Origin: Octopus sinensis
Lineage: Eukaryota
Reading direction: 5' to 3'
Length of the DNA: 64,000 nucleotides
NCBI RefSeq assembly: GCF_006345805.1
Contig: NC_043001.1
Coordinates: forward strand, 17,422,001-17,486,000
A model generated the notes under the pieces. That model was not told where the DNA came from. It did no database searches and saw only the letters and a program-made list of their open reading frames with translations. Made by a program: the position numbers and the translations under genes. Below are positions 1 to 11,384 of this stretch, piece by piece (the stretch's first letter is position 1; every line of letters begins with the position of its first letter).

Positions 1-139
1 ATATCTGTGTACGTAGACGCAGGTGTGCAAATGTGTGCAGGTGTGTGGGTGTGTAGGCGTGTATGGATGAGTCTGTGTATTTGTGTGTGTATAGATGTAG
101 GAGTACGTGTATGTATGTATATATGCATGTGTGTGTTCA

Positions 140-170
<31 letters not shown>
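1..170. repeat. (GT)n-rich microsatellite
   Basis: Imperfect tgtg run. Confidence 0.9.
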
Positions 171-729
171 TTGTGACCAAATAAGAGCACACGATACACA
201 CTGTGAAAAATAAATAAAATGACCTCAAATCACAAAATTCACAAAGGTAATCTTTTGACACGAACTCAACAAAATTTTTATGACCACTCCCCCAAAATAT
301 TCTATTTCTTTATTCTTGAGATCCTAATCTCTTCTCACTACCATTTTCAACTACGTTTTATCTTTTTATCTTCCACCCGTTTTCCTTTCCTTTCTTTCCT
401 TAATTTTTTTTCATTTTTACCTTTTTCTTCCTTTCTTCTACTATTTTCACACATACTGTTTTTATCTACCTTTTGTATTCTTTTATTACTTTTATATTTT
501 TTATATTAGTTTTTATATTCTTTATTATTAAAAAAAATTTTTTTCTGTCTTTTATTTCCTATTTTTGCTTTTTTATTTTCATGGAAATCTCTGGCTACAC
601 AAAAAACCTTCTAAAACACAAAATTTCAATTTGAAAACAGGTATCGAAAGGGTCAAAACACATTAGAATAACCGGAAACATTATCATTAGAATAAAAAAT
701 TATCCCCCCAAAAGCCACCTCTAATCATT

Positions 730-768
730 CACATACACACACACACACACATATATATATATACATAC

Positions 769-834
<66 letters not shown>

Positions 835-860
835 GCATGCATACATATGCATGTATGGGT
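730..860. repeat. (CA)n(TA)n microsatellite
   Basis: Direct reading. Confidence 0.9.
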
Positions 861-1772
861 GCAGGACGTCACCAACAGTAAACAACATGAAATATGAAAA
901 CAAATGAGTTCAATGCGCAAACAACGAGAGAAGCAAATGGAAAACAGGACAAATAACACAAAGAACGACCTTTAATCAGTTGCCGGCTGTCTATCTACTC
1001 CTCATTTCGAGCATTCAACAATATGATTCTTCGAAGACACTTGGTCCATTACTTCCAAAATAAATTTTGGTTTTATGGAGGGTCAAACTTGGGAACAAAA
1101 ACAGGAGACATAAACGGAAACCGAACGAAAGCAAACATGTAGGGTCGTTAGACTAGAAGGTGGGTAAAATAGTGAAAGCTGGAAGAAATAGAGAAAAGAT
1201 AGAAGAGAGGACTTCCAGTCTTTAGAACGTCGTGCAGGAAAAGAAAGGTGGACGATGGTCATGAGTGAGCAACGAGAGAATGAAAAGGAGACAGAGAGAG
1301 AGAAGGAAAGAGAGAGAAAACGGTGAAGGGGAGAAAGGGGAATTAGAGAAGGATGGGAGAGAAAACAGTATAGAGTAGAGTCGCATCAAAAATGTTAAAA
1401 TAAACTAACTTGGAAACGGATGCGCGGCATTCAATTAAATAATAATATGGATAATATATATATATACAAAATGGGAGAAGAACGCAAAAGCATCCGGACA
1501 ACTAGGTGTTACAAAAAGGGACAACAAAACATCCAGATAGACGATACAAAGGAAACAAGGACGGGTGATTCGGAGTTTTCTTTCCTCAGGCAAATACCAG
1601 ATTTTCCTCGCAATTTCGGTTGATTATTCTTGAGATTGCTCCAATCTGGCCAGCCCCAAGGAAAAACTAAGCTAAGAGCATTAGATTCTTTGGAAGAAAG
1701 CAGCAAATGTATACAAAAACAAGGACGGAAAAAACGGACGTTACACAAATATAAAAACAATAATATATATAA

Positions 1773-1848
<76 letters not shown>

Positions 1849-2342
1849 CGCGCACGAGGCCGTGTGATTCGAATGAGTAACCAAAGGCGACGATTTTGAT
1901 ATGAGTGAATATCAGCTACCATGTCCTTAGAAAAAAGCTACGATGAGGATATACTTCTAAAGCCAACGAGGAAGCCTCTATTTAATTGCTTGGTCTGCTA
2001 AAAACAGCAGTCGAATCTTCCTCAAACCGTATCCCACCAGTCGTAGGAATGGTATGAGACAATAGATAAAACAGTTACCATTATCTTTCTTCTTTATTTT
2101 TGTTACTTTGCCCTCGCTCAAATTTTCTAACAGAGTAAACATGATCTATGTCAGACATGAGCAACTATTCCCAAGAAGTGGGTCACATGAAACATAACTC
2201 ATCGCCAGGCAGGCCGCACTACTAAAGGATATTCCAGGAAATCTTTCGTTATGCGGCCATGATGGTCTACAATATTTCATGCTTGATCTACCCATCTTTC
2301 TTACCGACATAAAGTACCCAGGGGTACATTTAAATTGAGAAC

Positions 2343-2640
2343 AGCTGTGTGATAAGAAGCTTGCTTCTCAACCAGATGGTTCCGAGTTCAGTCCTCCTGC
2401 GTGGCACCTTGAACAAGTGTCTTTTATTATAGCCTCAGGTCGACCCAAGTCTTGTGAGTGGATTTGGTAGAGGGAAACTGAAAGAAACCCGTCGTATATG
2501 TATGTATGTATGTATGTATGTATTTGTCCCCCCAACCATCACTTGACAACCGATGTTGGTGCGTGCTTACGTCCCCGTAAATTAGCGATTCGGCAAAAGA
2601 GACCGATAGAATAGTACTGGGCTTACAAAGAATAAGCCCT
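2343..2640 (+). mobile_element. tRNA-derived SINE, family A
   Basis: Head gctgtgtg..aagaagcttgc..ggttccgagttcagtcc (A/B-box-like), ggatttggtaga..aactgaaaga, internal microsatellite, cttgacaaccgatg..ttagcg..ttcggcaaaag; more than 15 copies in window. Confidence 0.85.
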
Positions 2641-2641
2641 G

Positions 2642-2686
<45 letters not shown>

Positions 2687-2694
2687 TACATACA

Positions 2695-2945
2695 GTCAAA
2701 AATTGTGAAGCATGACTGTCACCACTACTACATGAACCTGAAGATTGCAGAATTTAATGCATGAAAGTACTAGTTCAATCAGAATGAACATTTAACATTC
2801 TATTATTACATTATTTTATTTTATTATATTATATTATATTATATTATATTATATTATATTATATTATATTATATTATATTATATCATTATAAGATTGTAA
2901 ATAAAACGTGAAAATCAGACAAGTTAGAATCCCTTTTATTAATAT
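2695..2945 (+). repeat. Unclassified dispersed repeat with internal (TTATA)n; second copy inverted at 33915-34125
   Basis: gtgaagcatgactgtcaccactactacatgaacctgaagattgca is reverse-complemented at ~34060-34115. Confidence 0.75.
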
Positions 2946-2959
2946 ATTCTTCTATACAC

Positions 2960-3016
2960 AATCACACACACCCGTATATATATCTATATACATACATATA
3001 TGTATATATATGCGTG

Positions 3017-3048
<32 letters not shown>

Positions 3049-3061
3049 TGTACATATATGC

Positions 3062-3158
<97 letters not shown>
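2960..3158. repeat. (TA)n microsatellite
   Basis: Direct reading. Confidence 0.9.
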
Positions 3159-3159
3159 T

Positions 3160-3515
3160 GGTATGGTTCTGTGGTTACGAAGCTTACTTTGCAAAGACAT
3201 GGTTTGGAGTTCAGTTCCACTTTGCAGCACGCGGGCAAGTGTCTTATTCTATAGCTTCAGGACGATCAAAGCCTTGTGGATAAATTTCGTAGACGGAAAC
3301 TGTGCGGAAGCCCATCGTACATGTGTGTGTGCATGTGTCTTTGCGTTTGTGTTTGACAACTGGTGTTGGTTTATTTTGCATCCCTGTAACATAGCGGTTT
3401 GGCAAAACGACCGATAGAATATGTACAAGACTTAAAGGAAAAACATAAGTTCTGAGGTCTATTTCTTCAAGGCGGTGCTCCAGCATGACCGTACTCGTAT
3501 GACTAAACCAACTAA
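3160..3515 (+). mobile_element. SINE family A (diverged)
   Basis: Same head, body and ggcggtgctccagcatg 3' block. Confidence 0.75.
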
Positions 3516-3660
3516 AGATAAATTATAAGAAAACATATTAAACCCCATTTCGTAACCTAGAACTCCACCGCTCTCGTTCACTCAGTATTAATCTGTCTGT
3601 CTGTCTGCCCCCTCTCTCTCATACACACAATCGTTTCCTCGCTCGCTCTCTCTCCCTCTA

Positions 3661-4079
3661 TTTCTCAGTTTTACCTTCCAAGACACATCCGAGAACAGCA
3701 TGACTGGGTAATTGCCTTTTCAGCGGGAGTGCCTTCTCGTTGTCGGTCAACAGAAAGAACAAGAGGCTACAGCCTCTGTGTGAAAACTGCAAGTACTAAC
3801 AAGTGCAGTGGTTCCTCATTTGCATAAACGTACGTTGACTGGTAAACCTTATTTACTAGTAACGTTTAGTACTGAGACACTGGTGTACAGATAAATTGTG
3901 TAGTGATTTCATATACGTATGCCTCGCACACATCTGTTCATCCTTATAAACACAACATGGGCGTAGGGTTAAGAGTTTCGCTTCGTAAACACGATACTCT
4001 TGTTTCGATTTCACTCTTTAACCTCTTGGGTATGTCCGCCTGGGTGCACTGGTATAAATACATACGCACACACACACAT

Positions 4080-4134
<55 letters not shown>

Positions 4135-4226
4135 CACACACTCATACATACAGCTATCTGCGTTGTCCAGTCTGTACATATATTTATATGTTTATTTTAT
4201 TTTACTTTACTGTATATATCCTTACT

Positions 4227-4297
<71 letters not shown>

Positions 4298-4310
4298 AAC
4301 AATGATAATT
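3661..4310 (+). repeat. Copy 1 of ~600-bp inverted duplication (copy 2 at 16640-17234), ending in (AAT)n
   Basis: Near-identical reverse complement, including internal (CA)n. Confidence 0.9.
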
Positions 4311-4559
4311 ATTATTTACATTGGAAAATATTTATAATAAGTGTAGGTCGTATACGAGTGGATATATATTTATAAAAAAGAAGTTTGAAAACGCCACTAT
4401 AAAAGATAAATTTTAATTTTCTTAGAAATTTTACGTTTCGGTTCTTCTTGGAAAAACGAACCTTATCAAAACTATTTTAAAAAGTTAAGTGTAATGAAAA
4501 AAGTTTATAGTTGTTTCTTACTAGCCTTAACAGAATCCACGTGGTGGTTTTACAAAATC

Positions 4560-4975
4560 GGCACTCCTGCTTACTGGTATGATCATCATTCCGAGCCATA
4601 TAATGTCACTAACCTCTGGGATTTTCCAGTCAACACTGACTGAATGATCTAGGCTAATCGACCAGACATAATTATTAAAGATAGGGAAGAAAACAATTGT
4701 AGACTAATAGATGTAAATGTTTTCATTGGTAAAAATATATATGTGAAGGAATTTGACAAACTTAGTAAATATAAGGACCTGGAAATTGAAATACAGCAGA
4801 TATGGCATCTCAAAGCAAAAACTGTTCCTGTTATTGTAGGTGCCCTAGGTATGATAAAAAAAGAGATGTCAGAAACATTTAGACAACATCTCAGGAGAAC
4901 CATGTCTCTGAGAAATCCAAAAGATTGTGCTGACAAGTACTTCCCACATATTTAGAAAAACCCTATCAATTTAAA
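4560..4975 (+). mobile_element. R4/Dong-like non-LTR retrotransposon 3' fragment (restriction-like endonuclease domain), pseudogenised
   Basis: Frame from 4560 reads WYDHHSEP..LWDFPVNTD*MI*ANRPDIIIKD..LIDV..KLSKYKDLEIEI..VPVIVGALG; two in-frame stops. Confidence 0.75.
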
Positions 4976-5009
4976 ATTATGTGTTGTATTAATAAAATAA
5001 ATAAATGCG

Positions 5010-5270
5010 CCCTTTTAAAGCCTAGCAAGGCTCACGGGCCCGGTTTCCCGGTTTCTATGGCATATGTGTTCCCCAGCTGGATGGGACGCCAGTCCATCGC
5101 CGCGTTACTCATTTTTGCCAGCTGAGTGGACAGGAGCAATGTGAAATGAAGTGTTTTGCTCAAGAACACAACGCGTCGCCCGGTCCAGGAATCGAAACCA
5201 CAATCTTATGATCATGATGCTGACACCCTAACCACTAAGCCACGCGCCTCTACATGTGTAGTATTACATG
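5010..5270 (-). mobile_element. tRNA-derived SINE (family C/E-type: head + ttgagcaaaacact core + 3' gagcctggctaggcttt tail)
   Basis: Reverse complement of tRNA-like head at 5200-5270; tail shared with 9305-9600 and 22200-22470. Confidence 0.75.
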
Positions 5271-5277
5271 AAGATAT

Positions 5278-5743
5278 TTCGCTGCTACCCCAAGACTTAC
5301 TCTCCCCAAACTTTCAGTTATACTGTAACATCAATTCTACTATATGGCTCAGAAACCTGGACGTTATCAAAGAAGCTTGAGAGGCGGTTGGATGAAACTT
5401 ACACTCGCCTCCTTATGAGAGCTCAAAATCTCTCGTGGAAGAGTCATCCAACCAAAGTACAAATATATGGGAAACTACCACCTGTATCATCTCTTGTGAA
5501 AGGTAGAAGGGTCCAGTTTGCTGGACATTGTTGTGGAGCTGAAAACAAGGTAATTTCTACTCTTCTCCTCTGGAAGACATCTGCTCGCGATACCAGAGGG
5601 TGCACACTCTCCTACCCTGATGTAATCTCCAGGGATACAGGCATCCAGCAACAGGACCTCCGTAATGCTATGATGGACCGTGAGGTCTGGCGTAACATAG
5701 TAAATTCCATTGTCTCGACCACGGTCGAACAATGATGATGATG
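5278..5743 (+). mobile_element. RTE-clade LINE, 5'-truncated 3' end with (TGA)n tail
   Basis: ORF LLYGSETWTLSKKLERRLD..RRVQFAGHC..DREVWR typical of RTE C-terminus; ends caatgatgatgatg; second copy at 29863-30186. Confidence 0.8.
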
Positions 5744-6285
5744 TAGCATCCCTAATCTTTCACTTGCCTTAGGGTGCTGGGTGTGTCTTGGCAAGTGATT
5801 GCAACAAACATGCAGGTTAAAAGTAAAGATCAACAACAACAACAATATTTTTTGGGGAATTGAATCTCAAACTAAATTTAAAGTTAACCAAAATGGCTTC
5901 TCAACCAGTGCTAATATGTATACTTCGAGATTCAACTCCTCAAACTCTCGAAAGTTTATAAATTATTACGATATCAACAAAATATGCATATGCATATATA
6001 CATACATACGTATGTACATACATGTGTCCGTATGTGTGTGTATTGAAAAAAAGAAGGCAGTCAGAATTTTAGATAATTCTTTATTAGCGCTTTCGTTCGC
6101 TTATCGAACATGTCATGACAAAATAAAAATCATTTTGGTTTTAATTTTGTCTTGACGAATTCGATAAATGAACGAAAGCGCTAATAAAGAATTGTTCAAA
6201 ATTTTGACTGCCTCCTTTGTCTCGATATGCAATATCTATACACCTCTTCAAATACTCTCTCTCTCTATATATATATATATGGGGG

Positions 6286-6319
<34 letters not shown>

Positions 6320-6615
6320 TATATATTATAAATATATTGTCAGTAAAAAGGTGGTAGAATTACTAATTGTTAATCAATTCGACCAAGCAGTATTCGGTAG
6401 TGAAAAAGACCGTTTACGGTATATTTGAAGTATTAATTTATAAAAATATGTAAAGTAAAAAATTCACTTTACCACACACCGAACTTTTCAGAATAGCAGC
6501 CAAAAATTTGGCTATTTCTTCAACTGCAAATAAAAGTCTCCAGACAATGCATACTCAGAAAATAACTCACATAGGTATAAGGGAAAAACATGAAAGATCA
6601 CATCCATATAAGATA

Positions 6616-6676
6616 CCCGAGGACAGCTGTTTCTGGATTCGTGGGTTAAACGCCACTTTTCCTTCATCAGCTCAGA
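6616..6676 (-). ncRNA. Type I hammerhead ribozyme motif (canonical CUGAUGA/GAAA core, GUC site)
   Basis: Minus strand: UCUGAG-CUGAUGA-a GGA..GUGG/CCAC..UCC a-GAAA-C AGCU GUC-CUCGGG; stem I 6 bp (2 GU); palindromic ACAGCUGU stem III. Confidence 0.7.
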
Positions 6677-7173
6677 GATTTCTTCTGATTTAGATTTGAA
6701 AATACTAAGAATCAAACATACCCGTCCGATATCTGTAACATCGGACAAACCACGCCAGACACCCAGTACCAGCGAATCCAAAAATACAAATGAGATCTGT
6801 TATTCTCCCTGTCCACCCACGGGAGTCCTAGAGTAGTACATCTACAGAGGCAAAAGCTGTAGTTCAAATTCTTGGAGAGAAAGCATTATAATGTCAGTAA
6901 AAAAGGGGTAGAATTAATTAATTGTTAATCAATTCGACCAAGCAGTATTCGGTATGTAAAAAGACCGTTTACGGTATATTTGAAGTATTAATTTATAAAA
7001 ATATGGTAAAGTAAAAAATTCACTTTACCACACACCGAACTTTTCAGAAATAGCAGCCAAAAATTTGGCTATTTGTTCAACTGCAAATAAAAGTCTCCAG
7101 ACAATGTATACTCAGAAAATAACTCACATAGGTATAAGGGAAAAACAATGAAAGATCACATCCATATAAGATA

Positions 7174-7235
7174 CCCAAGGACAGCCTGTTTCTGGATTCG
7201 TGGGTTAAACGCCACTATTCCTTCATCAGCTCAGA
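7174..7235 (-). ncRNA. Second hammerhead copy (extra G in stem III loop)
   Basis: UCUGAG-CUGAUGA..GAAA-CAGGCUGUC-CUUGGG. Confidence 0.55.
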
Positions 7236-7244
7236 GCATTATTT

Positions 7245-7316
7245 TTATAATATATATAAAATATATATAGATATTATATATATATAATATATATACATAT
7301 ATATACACACACACAC

Positions 7317-7368
<52 letters not shown>

Positions 7369-7420
7369 TATATTACATATATATATATATAATATATATA
7401 GATATATATATATATATATG
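7245..7420. repeat. (TA)n microsatellite
   Basis: Direct reading. Confidence 0.9.
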
Positions 7421-7809
7421 CACGTGCCGTCAATATTTACTCACGGTAGGCGGTTGGTGACCTTTATGTAGTAAACACACAAAAAATAATTCGAAACACA
7501 GGAGCGTGACTGAGTTGAAGGCAGATTTCCTTCTGTCTTTATAGCACGTAAAGAAGACGTAAGAATGTAAGCATCGCGTGTCCTACAGCAGTTCTATACG
7601 TAGTTTAAATATTGAGATTGAAAAGCAGGGGCGAATTATGCCTACCTAATCTATAAAGAATAAAATATTTTGTATTTTATGCATAGTAATCAGAGCAACC
7701 TTCATAATTTTATTGAATTAAGCGCATATTTTGCCATACTGTTGCTATCAGTCTGTTTTATTCAGGTCGGCAGTGCCTCCTTGCCCTACCTAAGTGGCAT
7801 GTCCCTGAT

Positions 7810-7811
7810 CT

Positions 7812-7857
<46 letters not shown>

Positions 7858-7866
7858 TAGATAGAG

Positions 7867-7909
<43 letters not shown>

Positions 7910-7993
7910 AGATAGATAGATTTAGATAGATAGATATAGATATAAATAGATAAATAGATAGATAGAGATAGATATAATAGATAAAAGAGATAT

Positions 7994-8029
<36 letters not shown>

Positions 8030-8053
8030 TATATAGATATAGATAGATATATA
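7810..8053. repeat. (TA)n(GATA)n microsatellite
   Basis: Direct reading. Confidence 0.9.
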
Positions 8054-8420
8054 TACTAGCAGTATCGCCGGCGTGCTCAGGTTGTGTAAGGGAAATAACT
8101 ATAAAGACATTTAGAGAGTTATAGCAAAAAATGGAAAAAAAATGATGGTAAATTTTTTTTGAGAGTAAAAAAGGTGGAGTTGCGTCCCCTAGACGGTTTG
8201 TGTTTCTGATTCTCGACCCATGTCGAATTTTATCGATTTTTTTCAGAACTGGGGAACTTTTCAAAATTTCGATGCGTTAGTTTTGAATATGACATTGGGC
8301 TATGTGTGTGTCAAGTAGTTTCATCAGCAGCGGTTGAAAGCCGTGGTCAGGGTGGGGGTACAAGCAAACAGACACACAGAAACACGCACAGACAACTTGC
8401 GTCGTTATATAGAGAGAGAT
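8054..8420 (+). mobile_element. Non-autonomous Helentron/HINE-like element
   Basis: 5' tactagcagtatcgcc(c)ggcg(t)tgctc, 3' cagacaact..ttatatagagagagat; no TSD; same termini at several other loci. Confidence 0.55.
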
Positions 8421-8529
8421 ATATATACATACAGATATAGTGTGTGTGTATATATGTATGTGCATACACACATACACACACATATGTACGTATATATACA
8501 TACATTCTTATATATATCAATAATAATAA

Positions 8530-8852
8530 AGGGTAAAATTGATTAATTAATTAATAATTACTACTTCCATCAAGTAGTATTCGGCATGTTAAAAGGACCA
8601 TTTTCGGTAAACTTAAACAATATTTTTTATAGTTATGAATATAATTATAATTAGGGTTTAGCAAAAAAAATTTGCTTCTCCACATACCGAACTTTAGAAA
8701 TAGCAGCCAAAGAACTTAGCTATTTCTTCTACTATAAGAAGAAATAGCTAAGTACTTTGGCTGCTATTTCTAAAGTTCGGTATGTGGAGAAGCAATTTTT
8801 TTTTTTTTGCTGAACCCTAATTATAATTATATTCATAATTATAAAAAATATT
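8530..8852. repeat. Fragment of the hammerhead-repeat superfamily folded into a 234-bp palindrome (8619-8852)
   Basis: Arms 8619-8730 and 8737-8852; shares ccgaacttt..agaaatagcagccaaa..gctatttcttc with 6480-6520 and 49340-49385. Confidence 0.85.
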
Positions 8853-8974
8853 ATATATATATAATTGAGGGGGAAAGAAAGGGAGAGAGACGGACACGCT
8901 GCAGGCTTCCCTTCTCATCTTGAGCCAGCGGGACCAGACCGGAGCAGGGGCAATGAGAGGCCTGACGGTGTGAC

Positions 8975-9210
8975 AAAAGGCGGCGAGCTAGCAGAAGCGT
9001 TAGCACACCGGGCGAAATGCTGTTGCGGTACTTCGTGCCGTTACGTTGTGAGTTCAAATTCCGCCGAGGTCGACTTTGCCTTTCATCCTTTCGGGGTCGA
9101 TAAATTAAGTACCAGTTACGCACTGCGGTCGATGCAATCGACATAATACCTATGTCTGTCCTTGTTTGTCCTCTCTGTGTTTAGCCCCTTGTGGGTAATA
9201 AAGAAATAGG
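8975..9210 (+). mobile_element. tRNA-derived SINE, family B
   Basis: ggcggcgagctagcaga (A-box-like), gagttcaaattcc (B-box), gcctttcatcctttcggggtcgataaattaagtacc core (recalls the MetaSINE Meta domain), 3' ttgtgggtaataaagaaata. Confidence 0.85.
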
Positions 9211-9304
9211 TGTGACAGTTTTCCCGTTCTGTGGCGGTAGACTCGTCATCCGCGATGCGAATACTGTGACACATGCTTCCAGGAAATTGTAGATTCCAAT
9301 TTAT

Positions 9305-9600
9305 TTGCGCGCCCTTTTCAAGCTTAGCCAGGCTCATGGGCCCGGTCTCCCGGTTTTTGTGGCGTATGTGTCCCCCTCCAACCAGCTGGACGAGACGCCA
9401 GTCCATCGCAGCGTTGCTCAAGAAACAGAAAGAAAGAGTGAAAGTTGAGGCGAAAGAGTACAACAGGGGTCGCCACCACCTCCTGCCGGTACATCGTGGA
9501 GCTTTAGGTGTTTTCGCTCAATAAATACACACAACGCCCAGTCTGGGAATCGAAACCGCGAGTCCGCTGCCCTAACCATTGGGCCGTTGCGCCTCCACTC
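9305..9600 (-). mobile_element. SINE family C head with E-type tail
   Basis: Reverse complement gtggaggcgcaacggcccaatggttagggcagcggactcgc. Confidence 0.75.
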
Positions 9601-9734
9601 TTAATGTAATACTGTAACATTTTTAGATATCAATGTTCTCAGTTGAGGGATGATAAAATTGCAGATCCTATGATTATTTGGAATTTCCGGAGAATCAGAA
9701 ACCTGTTCTGTTTCTCCTGTCCTCATTGGTGACA

Positions 9735-10297
9735 GAAGAGAGAGAGAGAGGAGAGAAAGAAAGAGAGAGATGAGGAGGGAGAGAGAGAGAGAGATGGGGA
9801 GGGAGGGAGAGAGAGGAAGAGGAGAGAGATGGGGCGGGAGAGAGAGAGGAGAGAGAGAGATGGGGGGAGGGAGGAGAGAGAGAGGGGGGGGGAGAGAGGA
9901 GAGAGAGAAGAGAGAGGAGAGAGAAAATGGGGAAGAGAGAGAGAGAGAGGGGGGAGGGGAGAGAGGGAGAGAGGGAGAGAGATGGGGAGGGAGAGAGGGA
10001 GAGAGATGGGGAGGGAGAGAGAGAGAGAGAGAGAGGGGAGGGAGAGAGAGAGAAGAGATGGGGAGGAGAGAGAGAGAGAGGGAGGGAGAAAGAGAGAGAG
10101 AAAGAGATGGGGAGGGAGAGAGAGATGGGGAGGGAGAGAGAGAGATGGGGAGGGAAAGAGAGAGATGGGGAGGGAGAGAGGGAGAGAGATGGGGAGGAAG
10201 AGAGAGAGATGGGGAGGGAAAGAGAGAGATGGGGAGGGAGAGAGAGAGAGGGGTGGGGGGGAGGGAGAGAGAGATGGGGAGGGAGAGAGGGAGAGGA
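9735..10297. repeat. Polypurine (GA/GGGA) minisatellite-like tract
   Basis: ~560 nt almost all A/G, with recurrent gagagagatgggga. Confidence 0.9.
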
Positions 10298-11384
10298 AGT
10301 GGCTTGTTTGGCAGGACGAACCTGAAAAAGGTGGCGTGTATTTCTATTGGTTATTGTGGTTTTGCTTCAATTTTTACTCAAGTTATGCAGCATATTAAAC
10401 TGGTGGCTAGATTTGCTGGGAGTGTCTACTCACATACATCCTACTGAAGGAGAGTAAGCAGCTTATAGCTTGCGGTAACTGCAATGAGTAACAGAGCTTA
10501 TTTCATTTATTTGCCAGTCAATGTACTGATATGCAAATGAGTAACATCAATACTTGTTACTTGTTACATTTTCCGTAAGGTGTGAACTACTTTCACTTTC
10601 TCTCTCACAGTAAGAGAAGCAAGAATAGTCACTCCTATGAGATAGCATTCTCCTCCAGTCGTAAATAATCATAACGATGTTAAATGTATATTTATTAAAC
10701 ATATGTATATGAACATATTCACAATTGGTGGTCTTTCGTAATTTATATATGTAAAATAAGGAAATGAAACCAATGAATAAACAAAGTTATACAAATTATC
10801 TTTAATAAAATGGCGGTGCCCCAGCATGGCCACAGCTCGTGAGCTGAAACTAGATAAAATAAAAAAATAAAAAATAATGATTCTTTCTGTAATGGGTACA
10901 AGGTCTGAAACTAGAAGAGAGGTAGTCAGTCGATTTCATTGTCTCCAGTGCTCAACCGGTATTTATTTCATCGACCCCGAAAGGATAAAAGTCAAAATCG
11001 AGATCAATGAACTCAGAACGCAAAGTCGAACAAAATGTCTCTAAGCCTTTTGTTTGGCATCCAAATGGCTCTGCCAACTTGCTGCCATGTTTATCTTTAA
11101 TATTCAGACATAACTGCAAAACTCGATTTTGAGTAAAATGCATTTATATATTATATTTTCTTTCTTGCTTTAATTTTTGCTAACCTAAAATATAACACTT
11201 GTACGAGATAGGGATGTCTAAAGCATTTAAAAGAATACTGTGAAGACGTTATCTTTCACTTTGATTCAATGTTTTACTTTATCCGTCATCTTATATATAC
11301 AAAGTTCGAAAGATCGCCTCACAGTTTAACTTTACTCCAGTGTCTTAGTAGTTTATTTTAGGACTACATTATACAATATATATT

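Larger units (their letters stand above)
6337..7237 (-). repeat. Tandem repeat, ~556-bp unit x1.6, each carrying a hammerhead motif (retrozyme / Penelope pseudo-LTR-like)
   Basis: gtcagtaaaaagg at 6339 recurs at 6894; following ~340 nt are near-identical. Confidence 0.85.

Noticed and set aside
1555-1600. Hammerhead-like CUGAGGA..CUCC GAAU C ACCC GUC on the minus strand
   Set aside because: GAAA is broken, stem II is mismatched and there is no stem I; the surrounding repeat (880-1930) remains unclassified.
2060-2330. Possible very degenerate R4/Dong-like pre-RT segment on the minus strand
   Set aside because: Many stops and only a vague motif resemblance; not supportable by eye.
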